Assembly (NCBI GenBank): GCA_044342325.1 | Contig: JBIIPZ010000002.1 | Coordinates: 79,138-143,137, forward strand | DNA: 64,000 bases | DNA from: Terrimicrobiaceae bacterium | Lineage (GTDB): Bacteria; Verrucomicrobiota; Verrucomicrobiia; Chthoniobacterales; Terrimicrobiaceae | Direction of reading: 5' to 3' | In this document: positions 47,751 through 56,724 of the stretch, piece by piece | How the letters are laid out: each line of letters begins with the position of its first letter | Position numbering within the stretch: position 1 is the first letter of the stretch | Translations under genes and position numbers: made by a program | The notes under the pieces: generated by a model | What the model saw: only the letters and a program-made list of their open reading frames with translations | Databases searched by the model: none | Told to the model about the DNA's origin: nothing

Positions 47751-48785
47751 TTACTTTTTTAGCTCCACAATTTTTCCGCCGTTGCGGTTGGAGATGCGCT
47801 TGAGTTCTTTGGTGTCTTCTTTGTTGGCTTCGAAGGTGATGAAGTTGAAGCGGCAGGGGTCGTCTTTTGCGTCTTTGACGGCATCGGCGGCTTTTTTGAA
47901 ATCGTTCCACGGGATGCCTTGCGGGTTGAGGGATGATTGGAAGCTGCCGTCGGAGATGAGGAAGACGACATCGGGTTTCATTTTGGCGGCGAGTTCGAGG
48001 ACGCCGATGACGCCGTTCGGGCTGGAGATGCCCTTGCCGGAGGAGGGGATCATGCCGGATTCGACCCATTCGTTTTCCACCCAGGCGGTGGCGGCGTCGC
48101 GATTGGATTGGGATGCGGGGACGAGTTCCTCGCTGAAGGGTTTGTAGTTTCGGGAGAATTGGACAATGCCGAAGCGGGAGGTGATGGGGAGTTTTTTGAT
48201 GAGCTCGATGGTTTCGAGTTTGATTTTCGTGAGGGGGACGCCTGCTTTTTCGGCCTTGGTTTTAACCGAGGTCGAGACATCGAACATGAGGAGGATGCGT
48301 TGGCCATCGGATTGGATGCCGAGAAAGCTCATGCCTTTTCCAAATCCACCGCTGCCGGTGGCGGCGGAGCCTGCGCCCGCGCCCATCGCCTCGCTTGTGC
48401 TGAGGGAGGAGACTTGATCGGCGATGATTTGGGACCGGTCCAGTGGCAGCATCTGGTCGAGTGGCAGGTCGGGCACTGCGGGCAGGGAAAAAGCAGTCGG
48501 GCGGCTGCTTTGGAGTTTGTCGTTGAAGGTTGGCTTCGGTGCGATGGCATCGAGCGCAGCCATGTTCATTTTGTGTTCCCGTTTTTTTGCCGGGAGGCGG
48601 ATGTCGCGTTGGACGACAAAATTCGCGGGTGGGGGGAATATGTATTTTGCCACGATGAAGATGCCCGCAACCACGCCGGCAGCGAGGTGAAGGAGGATGA
48701 CTCCGATGAGAATCGAGGAGAGCATGGCCCAGCGGCGTTTCTTGGCTGCGGCGCTTTCGGAGAGGAATGATTCGATGGCGGCCAT
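47751..48785 (-). CDS. TM-anchored Pro-rich-linker vWA domain protein
   Basis: TM with His (GVILLH), Pro-rich region, MIDAS DVSTS, FLISDG. Confidence 0.8.
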   Translation of the reverse strand: MAAIESFLSESAAAKKRRWAMLSSILIGVILLHLAAGVVAGIFIVAKYIFPPPANFVVQRDIRLPAKKREHKMNMAALDAIAPKPTFNDKLQSSRPTAFSLPAVPDLPLDQMLPLDRSQIIADQVSSLSTSEAMGAGAGSAATGSGGFGKGMSFLGIQSDGQRILLMFDVSTSVKTKAEKAGVPLTKIKLETIELIKKLPITSRFGIVQFSRNYKPFSEELVPASQSNRDAATAWVENEWVESGMIPSSGKGISSPNGVIGVLELAAKMKPDVVFLISDGSFQSSLNPQGIPWNDFKKAADAVKDAKDDPCRFNFITFEANKEDTKELKRISNRNGGKIVELKK

Positions 48786-48787
48786 GT

Positions 48788-49231
48788 TTACTCCTCCTCT
48801 GCGGCATCGGCGAATGTGACGCCGGTGATTTTTGCCTGCGCACAAGCATTGAGCACTTGGACGATGCGTTGGTGGTTGGCGGCGTCATCCGCATCGATCG
48901 TTATGAGGGCCTCGGTTTTATTGGAGTCCGCCGATTCCTTGAAGCGCTTGAGGGTGCCGAGAAGAGTCGGCAATTCGGCGCTTTGCGGGGCATCCATCGG
49001 CTGGTCGTTAAGGAGGACTTGCCCGTTTGGTTGGATCTGTATGCGTTGCTCGTCGGGTATGTCGAGGGCCTCCTCTTGGGCGACGGTGCCGGGGAGTCCG
49101 ATGTTGATGTCGCTCTCCTGTTTGATGGGCTTGGCGGAGACCATGAAAAAAACGAGCAGCAGAAATACCATGTCGATCATGGGTCCCATCTGCATTTCGA
49201 CGGTCTGAACATCTTTTCGGCGGATTTGCAT
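48788..49231 (-). CDS. exbD: ExbD/TolR family protein
   Basis: MGPMIDMVFLLLVFFM; HQRIVQVLNAC. Confidence 0.9.
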   Translation of the reverse strand: MQIRRKDVQTVEMQMGPMIDMVFLLLVFFMVSAKPIKQESDINIGLPGTVAQEEALDIPDEQRIQIQPNGQVLLNDQPMDAPQSAELPTLLGTLKRFKESADSNKTEALITIDADDAANHQRIVQVLNACAQAKITGVTFADAAEEE

Positions 49232-49250
49232 GAGAGGTGAAATGGCGGCG

Positions 49251-49658
49251 TCAGTCCTGATAGGTTCCGAAAATGACATTCACGGCACCGGCTTCGCTGG
49301 CTATGCGCATGAGTTCCTTGATCTGTTTGCCGGGCGTATTTTTGTCGGCGCGGACATAGAGGCGGAGGGGAGGAGTGACCTTGAAGCGCTCCTTGAGGTG
49401 GGTGGTGAGTTGCTTTTTATCGGCAGGGGTTTGGCCTATGTAGTAGGTGCCGTCTTTATCGATGCTGATGATGTCGCGGTTTGAAAGGTCATCCGGAATG
49501 GAGGCGTTGGAGGCCGTCGGGAGTTTGATTTCCACATTCACCTGCTCCTTGGAAATCTTGGTGGTCACCATGAAAAAAATGAGCAGGAGGAAGGTCATGT
49601 CGATCATGGGGGCGAGCTGAAAGCCGATCTCGTCCTCCTGTTTCTTTGCAAGCTTCAT
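49251..49658 (-). CDS. exbD: ExbD/TolR family protein
   Basis: LAPMIDMTFLLLIFFM; VRADK. Confidence 0.9.
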   Translation of the reverse strand: MKLAKKQEDEIGFQLAPMIDMTFLLLIFFMVTTKISKEQVNVEIKLPTASNASIPDDLSNRDIISIDKDGTYYIGQTPADKKQLTTHLKERFKVTPPLRLYVRADKNTPGKQIKELMRIASEAGAVNVIFGTYQD

Positions 49659-49683
49659 GGGGCGATGTGGGGCCTGATGGAGC

Positions 49684-50457
49684 TTAGTGCGAAGCGTGGT
49701 CGGCGGACTCGATTTTGATTTCGCCGCTGAGCAGATCGAGCATGAAGGTGACGCGCTTTTGGATGTTCGCCATGTTGATTTGGAGAAGATTCCGAAAATA
49801 GAAATACAGGAACATGGCGGGGATGCCGACGAATAGTCCGCCAGCTGTGGTGATCATGGCCTCGCCGATTCCGCCTGCGAGGTCGGCAGGTTCGGATTTA
49901 CCGGCTGCCAGCATGTCGAAGCTGGCGATCATGCCAGTGACGGTGCCGAGGAGTCCCAGCATCGGGCCGATGGTGGCGAAGACATTGAGGTAGTTCACCC
50001 AGAGGTTGAGCTTGGTCTCCTCGTTGGCGAGGGCTTCACCGGCGGCCTGATCCATCGAGGCCTTGTTGGCGAGGTCGCGTTCGAAATTCACCTTGAGCAG
50101 CGCCGCGGACATGGTGTTGGAAAAAACATTCGGCTGGGCGAGGCAGAGTGCGTAGGCGGATGAGGCGTCCCGGGCCTGCATGAATTGACCGATCGATTCC
50201 GCCTGCGCGGCGGGGAGCATTCTTCTGCCGCTGATTTGAATGAAGCAGTAAACGGTTACGGCGGCTGTTCCGATGGAGCACGCGAGGAGTGGCCACATGA
50301 GAGCCCCTCCGGCGTAGAAGGTATCGAGGAGTGTTTTATCCTTCGGAGGTTTCGTAGCAGAGGTCTTTTCGGATTTGTCGGCGGCGAATGCCGGAATCAC
50401 CAAAGCCAGTGATGCCAAGGCGATGGCTGCGAGGAGTGGTTTGCTGATGGTCTTCAT
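49684..50457 (-). CDS. exbB: MotA/TolQ/ExbB proton channel
   Basis: GPMLGLLGTVTGMI, GIGEAMITTAGGL. Confidence 0.92.
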   Translation of the reverse strand: MKTISKPLLAAIALASLALVIPAFAADKSEKTSATKPPKDKTLLDTFYAGGALMWPLLACSIGTAAVTVYCFIQISGRRMLPAAQAESIGQFMQARDASSAYALCLAQPNVFSNTMSAALLKVNFERDLANKASMDQAAGEALANEETKLNLWVNYLNVFATIGPMLGLLGTVTGMIASFDMLAAGKSEPADLAGGIGEAMITTAGGLFVGIPAMFLYFYFRNLLQINMANIQKRVTFMLDLLSGEIKIESADHASH

Positions 50458-51497
50458 GTGTTTTTGGGTTTCTTCTTTTTCTCTTTTGCGGGCTTGGGAG
50501 ATTCCTCTGGGGTGGGGGAGGCTTCAGGAGAGGGCGGCTTTTGGGAGGTGTCCTCGTGGATTTCTTTTTTGCCTTCGGCTTCCCAGTCGGTGGCGAGTTT
50601 TTCTGGTGACAGGGAAGTCAGGTAGGCCTTGGCGTGGGAGGCGTCTGGCGTTGCGGGATAAAAAGCCACGATGTCGCGGGAGGTTTCGATGGCCAACTGC
50701 TGGTCTCCGCAGAGTTGATAGATGCCGACAGCACCCCACAGGCCACGAGCAGCCTTTTCGTTGTTTGTTCCGAAAAAGAGGGACGGGTAAAGATAGAGTT
50801 CGAGAACGCGTGCGTGGAGTTTGTGGCGCACATCGATCACATTCGGATCGATATCCCAGCGGGGATTCTCCTTGAGAAAGGCGCGGAGTTGCCTCTCGGC
50901 GGCTTGGGCCATGAGATGGTTCGCCTCGATGAGGATTTCGGGATTTTCGGTTTCGGCGGCGAGGGCTTTTGCCTCCTCGATCGCCTTCTCGGCGCGACCG
51001 GTTGCACTCATCGCGCGGAGGCGTCCCTCGCGGGCCCTGTCGCGGTCTGAAGGTTGCCATGCTTTCTCCTCCACCAATTTAAAAAGCTGAAGGGCCCTTT
51101 CGGCATTGCGGCGTTCCTTTGTGGCGAGCAGGGCGTTGCCGAGAGCGCAGGCGATGGCTGCTGACGGGGAACGGGGCGTTTCGAGCCAAGGTGTGAACTG
51201 TTCCCAATAATCCTCCAAGGCCGGTATGTCTTGAGGTCCAGCGGAACGCATAGCGCGTTCGCGCTCTGGGTCGCTTGCGAACTCGATCGAACGGACATCC
51301 GCTCGGGGAATGGAGATGGAGGGAGTAGCACGCGGGACGGATCCGTCTTGTGTGGGAATATCGAGTTGGAGGCGGATGGATTTTTCATCAATCGCGATGA
51401 TTTTCCCCGTTCTGGGCGCGCCTGCTTTCATCTCAAGCACATCTTGAGCATCGGCGAGGCAAGCTGAGGTGAGGAGTGCGAGGAGCGCGCGTTTCAT
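50454..51497 (-). CDS. Secreted beta-domain plus TPR-like protein
   Basis: Signal peptide ending ADA-QD; QDVLEMKAGAPRTGKI; helical repeats. Confidence 0.7.
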   Translation of the reverse strand: MKRALLALLTSACLADAQDVLEMKAGAPRTGKIIAIDEKSIRLQLDIPTQDGSVPRATPSISIPRADVRSIEFASDPERERAMRSAGPQDIPALEDYWEQFTPWLETPRSPSAAIACALGNALLATKERRNAERALQLFKLVEEKAWQPSDRDRAREGRLRAMSATGRAEKAIEEAKALAAETENPEILIEANHLMAQAAERQLRAFLKENPRWDIDPNVIDVRHKLHARVLELYLYPSLFFGTNNEKAARGLWGAVGIYQLCGDQQLAIETSRDIVAFYPATPDASHAKAYLTSLSPEKLATDWEAEGKKEIHEDTSQKPPSPEASPTPEESPKPAKEKKKKPKNT

Positions 51498-54382
51498 CCT
51501 TTTTCGGGTGAATCTTCCGGCGGGGTTGATTTATCGAGGGACTTGTTGGGCAGTGGACCTCCGAGGGCCTGGAGGCGGGATTTGGCGGTTTTGGTTTCCG
51601 GAAAATCCTCGAGCTCGGTTTTGGAGAGGAACTCGCTGTAGGTGCGACGGGCTGCGGCGGAGTCCTGGATTTTCTCAAACGCCTCGCCGCTGCGTGCGTA
51701 GGCGCGGGCGACCCATGGTCTCCAGCGTCCGTGCATGAGATAAACGCGTTGGAAGTAGGGTATGGCGAGCTTGGGGTTTTGCTCCGCCATGTGAAGGTCA
51801 CCGATCAGGCATAGAGCTTCGGCTTTGTTTTCGCCGGGTGTGTTTTCTTGTTTGAGCACTTCTTCAAGGACTCTGCGCGCCTCGCTGAAGCGACCGCGTT
51901 TCTGGAGGAGTTTGGCTTTCGAGAGCATCGTCGGGGCGAAGAGTTGCGTGCCGAGGTTTTCGCGTTCGAAGCGGTCGAACAAATCCAGAGCGGCCTTGTC
52001 GTTGCCATTCTTCAATTCCATCTCGCCAAGCGCGGCGAGGATGCGGTCTTTCTGCATGGCACGAGGGTTCCAGCGCAGCGCGTCCCGCAGCATTTCCTCG
52101 CCTTCTTTCGTCTTGCCAGACTCCAGCAGGGCATTTCCAAAATCCACGAGCAGTGCGGGATTGGCCTCGCGCACATCGGCCAAGGCCGCCGCCTCGACCA
52201 AGAGGGCTTGCGAGCGTTTGGGGTCGGATTTTTTGATCGCCTGGGCCTGGGCGTGCAGGAGGCGCATGCGAAGGGTGTTCTGTTTCTCATTGCCCGCTTC
52301 GGACTGCAGGTCGCCAAGCAGCGCTAGGTATTCGGCAGATTCTGCGGGGCCCCTGTAAAGACGAGCGAGCGAGGGAAAGAGGTCATCGACGGAGCGGATT
52401 TCGGGGTCGTTGCCGAAATCGCGGATCGCCTGCCAGTAGATTTCACGGGCTTTCGCGGGTTCCTCTTGTTTGCGGTAATACCAGCCCAGATTGGCGAAGG
52501 CCTCCGCAACTCGTGGGGATCGGGGATTTTTCTTGGCGAAATGCTGCATGAGGGTGCGGTATTGTTCATAGTCCTCAAGAAGCTTGAGGGCCTCAGCGGT
52601 GCGGAAGACTCCCTCCTCGTAGGGTTTGGTGTCCGTCGAGGGAATCTCTCGAAAAACTGCAATTCCTTCCGGGACGAAGCCCTCGTTCATGAGGGCGTTG
52701 CCAAGCAGGACGCGGGCCTCACCGTTTTCCGGCTCGTCGGGGAATTTCTCGAGGTAGTCGTGGAGTTCGTCGATAGCGGTGCCGTAGCGTTCGAGTTGTT
52801 GCGCGCAATAGGCTTTGCGGAACACGGCCGAGCCCCGATGCAGGCCCTTGGGATGCTTCTGCAGGTAGGCATCCATCAGTTCGCGGCATTTCTCGAATTG
52901 CTTGTCGAACGAGTAGGTCATGCCGAGCCAGTAGGCACCGCTGTCGGCGAGGCTGTGTTTAGGATATCGGGTCAGGAAGTCTTCGAATGCCTTTGCGGCG
53001 TCAGCGTTTTTTTCCGCCTGAAGCAGCGAGAAAGCTTTGAGGAAAGTTGCCCTCGGGGCGGATTCGGAGTTTGGAAAACGCTTGGCGATCTCCTCGAAGG
53101 CGCTTGCAGCTTCCTCGTAGCGCAGGCTGGATTGCAGCGCCTCGGCTTGCATGAGACAGACCTGCGGCAGGAGTGGGGACTCGGGAAATTTGAGTGTGAA
53201 TTCCTTCGTGGCCTCGATGGTTTCGGGCCAGTCCTCCAGTGCGCTCCAGCAGCGGACGACATTAACGGCGGCTTGTTCGGTAACCTTGTCGGATGGAAGG
53301 TCCTTGAGCATGCCTTGCATGATGAGAGCGGCCTCGCGGTGGCGTTTCATTTTGATATAGGCGACGGCGAGGCGAAAGCGCAGGGCCGTGTCGAAGTGCT
53401 CGATTTTCTGGAAATTTTCCGTCTCGCGTTGCACTTCGTTCACCAAGCGCGTGTAGAGGATTTTTTGGTAGGGATCATCTGTCGCGCGCACTGCTCCAAG
53501 GCGGCTTTGCAATTCCTCAAGACGCGCGGCCTGGTGCTTCATCAAACGATCCCTCGGCCACACGCGCTGGAGGCAGATGATGGCTTTGCGGAACTCGCCG
53601 TTTTCCAGCCAGCGGTTTCCAAGTTGCAGCGTGAGGGTTTGAAAGGAGATGAGTTGAGCAATGTCCTCCATGCGCGTGAACTCCTCGTTCACCAAAGCCA
53701 TGGCGGCATCGTTGTCGCCAAGTTGTAGTAGCGCGTAGAGTTGATAAATCACGGCACGCCCTCGCATGTCAGGGGCGAGAGAGGGCTTCAGTCCGGCGTA
53801 GTGATCTGCCGCTTCGCGGTATTTTTGTTCCAGAATCCACGAAGTGCCGACAAGCATGCGGGCTTCGCCGAGGCGTGCTGCGGTGGGGTTTTGGCGGAGA
53901 AATAACGGGCTTTTCTCAGCCCCGCCTGGGAATAGCGCGATGAATTTCTCCAATGCAGTGCGCGCAGTGGCGTGGTCTTGGTTTTGAAGGTTGGCGATTC
54001 CCAGCCAGAAAGTGAGTTCCTGAATCTGCTGTGGAGAGAGTGGTGGTTTTGCTTCCAGGGCTTCCGTAATGGCGGGAACCGCTTCGGCAAAGCGGCCCTG
54101 CTGCACGAAGCACATGGCGAGAGGGTAAAGCGAATCTTGCAGCGCCTTTGCGGCGTCAGGTGATGTGCTAAATTCGGCCTTGAATTTCAGGTAGGCCTCC
54201 AGCGCGTCCTTGTAGTTCTTTTGGTTGAACAATGTCCGCGCTTGCTCGAACAACTCGTTTGCCGTGAGGCCGGCGTTTGCCACCGGAGGCTCCTGTTTTT
54301 TAGCGTTCTGCGCCTCAGCCGAAAGCGATACGATCCAAAGAGCGGCGACTATTCCTGCGATCTGAGTGACGAAGCGCGGCAT
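51494..54382 (-). CDS. Large secreted multi-TPR protein
   Basis: Signal peptide; many CpoB/BamD-type TPRs (..F...YP.S..A..A.Y/F.LG); TTG start. Confidence 0.85.
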   Translation of the reverse strand: MPRFVTQIAGIVAALWIVSLSAEAQNAKKQEPPVANAGLTANELFEQARTLFNQKNYKDALEAYLKFKAEFSTSPDAAKALQDSLYPLAMCFVQQGRFAEAVPAITEALEAKPPLSPQQIQELTFWLGIANLQNQDHATARTALEKFIALFPGGAEKSPLFLRQNPTAARLGEARMLVGTSWILEQKYREAADHYAGLKPSLAPDMRGRAVIYQLYALLQLGDNDAAMALVNEEFTRMEDIAQLISFQTLTLQLGNRWLENGEFRKAIICLQRVWPRDRLMKHQAARLEELQSRLGAVRATDDPYQKILYTRLVNEVQRETENFQKIEHFDTALRFRLAVAYIKMKRHREAALIMQGMLKDLPSDKVTEQAAVNVVRCWSALEDWPETIEATKEFTLKFPESPLLPQVCLMQAEALQSSLRYEEAASAFEEIAKRFPNSESAPRATFLKAFSLLQAEKNADAAKAFEDFLTRYPKHSLADSGAYWLGMTYSFDKQFEKCRELMDAYLQKHPKGLHRGSAVFRKAYCAQQLERYGTAIDELHDYLEKFPDEPENGEARVLLGNALMNEGFVPEGIAVFREIPSTDTKPYEEGVFRTAEALKLLEDYEQYRTLMQHFAKKNPRSPRVAEAFANLGWYYRKQEEPAKAREIYWQAIRDFGNDPEIRSVDDLFPSLARLYRGPAESAEYLALLGDLQSEAGNEKQNTLRMRLLHAQAQAIKKSDPKRSQALLVEAAALADVREANPALLVDFGNALLESGKTKEGEEMLRDALRWNPRAMQKDRILAALGEMELKNGNDKAALDLFDRFERENLGTQLFAPTMLSKAKLLQKRGRFSEARRVLEEVLKQENTPGENKAEALCLIGDLHMAEQNPKLAIPYFQRVYLMHGRWRPWVARAYARSGEAFEKIQDSAAARRTYSEFLSKTELEDFPETKTAKSRLQALGGPLPNKSLDKSTPPEDSPEKG

Positions 54383-54531
54383 TGTGAAAGTGGGCTTGGA
54401 AGCGCATCTCTAATAACCAACCGCTCTGGTGTGACCAAAGCGATTCCATGTTACGATTTCGTCGATTTTAGCCGATCTTCTGGGGCAAATTCCCCATGGC
54501 AGTCGCCCCTCGGCCTGGCGACTTTCGAACT

Positions 54532-54618
54532 ATGAGAACTATCGTTTTTTTCCTTTTGGCGGTTGCGGGCGTGATGGTGCTATCCGATGCCGTCCTAAAT
54601 GCCCTGCGGAAATCCTGA
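54532..54618 (+). CDS. Putative 28-aa hydrophobic small protein or signal-peptide remnant
   Basis: Manual translation MRTIVFFLLAVAGVMVLSDAVLNALRKS*; ends 2 bp before the next ATG. Confidence 0.35.
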   Translation: MRTIVFFLLAVAGVMVLSDAVLNALRKS

Positions 54619-54620
54619 AA

Positions 54621-54992
54621 ATGCGCTCTCTACTCAAAATCGTGTTGCTCGCGGTCGCGGGATTGTTGGTCTCGTGCACATTCAGCGAATATCCCTTTGG
54701 AAATGTCCTGCCCTACGGCGGTGTGACCTCGCTTCCAAGCGGCTACACCGGGAATGCCTACTTTTGGAATGGCAGTTATTACACCGGCGGGCGCTACGAA
54801 ACGGGGCGATTTCATTACATCGACCGTTTTTACAACAATCGCTATATGTTTAACGGGAGATACCTGTATGGAGGCAGTCAGCAATACATCCAAGGAGTGA
54901 ATGCCTATCCCGGCAGGGGCTTCTACTCAAACCAGAGATACTACAACAAACACCGATACTATCAGCCGTTTCACCGCCATCTTTACCATTGA
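54621..54992 (+). CDS. Tyr/Gly/Asn/Arg-rich lipoprotein
   Basis: Lipobox LVSC; low-complexity aromatic-rich body. Confidence 0.7.
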   Translation: MRSLLKIVLLAVAGLLVSCTFSEYPFGNVLPYGGVTSLPSGYTGNAYFWNGSYYTGGRYETGRFHYIDRFYNNRYMFNGRYLYGGSQQYIQGVNAYPGRGFYSNQRYYNKHRYYQPFHRHLYH

Positions 54993-55096
54993 ACAACCCG
55001 TGGGCGCTGCGTGGTTGGCAGGGAAATAACCACGGAGAGCACGGAGTGTGAAATGAGGTTTTGTAGTTTGTCGAAAGTCGCGGAAAGCCGTGCAGA

Positions 55097-55435
55097 TTAG
55101 CAGCCGTTTTTGTGGGCGCTTTTTTCGACCCAATCCAAAAGCCCACCTACTGTGCAGTGACCTTCCAACGGGTGGCGCAAGCGCGCCTGGCGGCGAATTT
55201 TGTAGCTGTTGCGGCGCCCGAGTTTTTCACGCTCGAGAACACCGACGGCTTCGAGATCGGCGAGAATCCTTTGAATGGCCCGCTCGGTGATGCCGATGGC
55301 GGTCGCCAGATCGCGAACGCGCAGTTCCGCATTGGCATTCAGCGCGACGAGCACATGGGTGTGGTTCGTGAGGTAGGTGAAGCCGGGTTCGTGGGTTTCT
55401 GTAGGCGCGACGGAAAGGCTTTTTGAATTTTTCAT
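55097..55435 (-). CDS. Winged-helix transcriptional regulator
   Basis: FTYLTNHTHVL, RDLA..IGITERAIQRILADLE..G, GRRNSY, LRHPLE. Confidence 0.85.
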   Translation of the reverse strand: MKNSKSLSVAPTETHEPGFTYLTNHTHVLVALNANAELRVRDLATAIGITERAIQRILADLEAVGVLEREKLGRRNSYKIRRQARLRHPLEGHCTVGGLLDWVEKSAHKNGC

Positions 55436-55444
55436 GAAAAGGGG

Positions 55445-55509
55445 TTGACGCAGGAATAATGACATATAATACACGACATTGTTTTCCTGTTTTTCATATC
55501 AGGAATAAT
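55445..55509. promoter_or_regulatory. Divergent promoter with repeated operator-like boxes
   Basis: CAGGAATAAT at 55451 and 55500; imperfect IR ACACGA-N8-TCCTGT at 55471-55490; TTGACG at 55445; TATAAT at 55465. Confidence 0.5.
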
Positions 55510-55547
55510 ATAACACAAAACAGCAGCCAACAAACCACGAAAAAACC

Positions 55548-56522
55548 ATGGATATCTTGAACTCACTCGTCCTGAGCCTCCTTTCCCCGATGGTGCTCGC
55601 GTTTATACTCGGCATCGTTGCCAGCCTGATCCGGAGCGATCTGAAGATTCCGCCGGAGATTTATGCGGCCATGACGATTTATCTTTTGTTTGCCATCGGT
55701 CTGAAAGGTGGGGCGAAGCTCGACGGGGTAGCTTTTTCGGATTTTTGGAAACCGCTGCTCGCCGCGTTGGCCTTGAGCCTCGCGATTCCCGTGTGGAGCT
55801 ACATGTTGCTGCGGAAATTCGGAAAATTCGACGGCGTGAACTCTGCCGCGTTGGCTGCGCACTACGGGTCGGTTTCAGCGGTCACCTTCGGCGAGGCGTT
55901 GGCTTTCCTCGAGATTCTGCAGGTTTCCGCCGAGCCCTATGTAGCAGCATTGCTTGCTGTGATGGAGGTGCCTGCCATTATCGTAGCCATATTCCTGGTC
56001 GGCAAGGCGACGATCAAAGCCGGCGGGGGCAGCATTCGGGAAGTGCTCCGGGAATTGATCACCAGCAAATCGATTGTGCTTCTCATCGGCGGCATGGTTA
56101 TCGGATTGCTGGCCGGCAAGAAAGGTGCCGAGCAGGTCGCGCCACTCTTTGACGCGCCCTTCCGGGGAGTTCTCACCCTGTTCCTGCTGGAGGTCGGGCT
56201 TGTGACCGGGCGGCGGCTTGGGGATTTGAAGCATGCCGGATGGCGGTTGGTCGTATTCGCACTAATGATGCCCTTCCTGCACGGACTGCTGGGTGTATGG
56301 CTTGGTGCCTTGTGCGGAATGAGTGTCGGCGGGGCCACAATTTTGGGCACTTTGGCCGCCAGTGCGAGCTACATTGCGGCTCCGGCCGCCGTGCGGGTCG
56401 CCCTGCCTTCGGCGAGTCCGGCAATCTATCTCACGGCGTCGCTGGCATTGACCTTCCCGTTCAATGTCATTTTCGGAATTCCCGCTTACTACTCTTTCGC
56501 CCGCTGGCTCATTCCAGCTTGA
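55548..56522 (+). CDS. sbtA: SbtA-family sodium-dependent bicarbonate transporter
   Basis: SDL.IP, YLL.AIGLKGG, AAHYGSVSAVTF, MEVPA, ASASYIAAPAA, TFPFN. Confidence 0.9.
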   Translation: MDILNSLVLSLLSPMVLAFILGIVASLIRSDLKIPPEIYAAMTIYLLFAIGLKGGAKLDGVAFSDFWKPLLAALALSLAIPVWSYMLLRKFGKFDGVNSAALAAHYGSVSAVTFGEALAFLEILQVSAEPYVAALLAVMEVPAIIVAIFLVGKATIKAGGGSIREVLRELITSKSIVLLIGGMVIGLLAGKKGAEQVAPLFDAPFRGVLTLFLLEVGLVTGRRLGDLKHAGWRLVVFALMMPFLHGLLGVWLGALCGMSVGGATILGTLAASASYIAAPAAVRVALPSASPAIYLTASLALTFPFNVIFGIPAYYSFARWLIPA

Positions 56523-56724
56523 GGGGCCTAATGCAGGAGATAAAAGCAAATGACAACAAAAAGGCTCTCAGTTTGTGTGGCGTTTATTGCCACTTCCCAG
56601 CTCCATGCCGATACATCCATCGCGGTTCCGTCTAAAAACAAACTGCGAGCTTGCTGCAAAGGGTTCGATCAAGATCGAGGGCAGTCTCGCGATCTCGCCA
56701 CGGTCGAGGTGCGTTTCCTTACGG

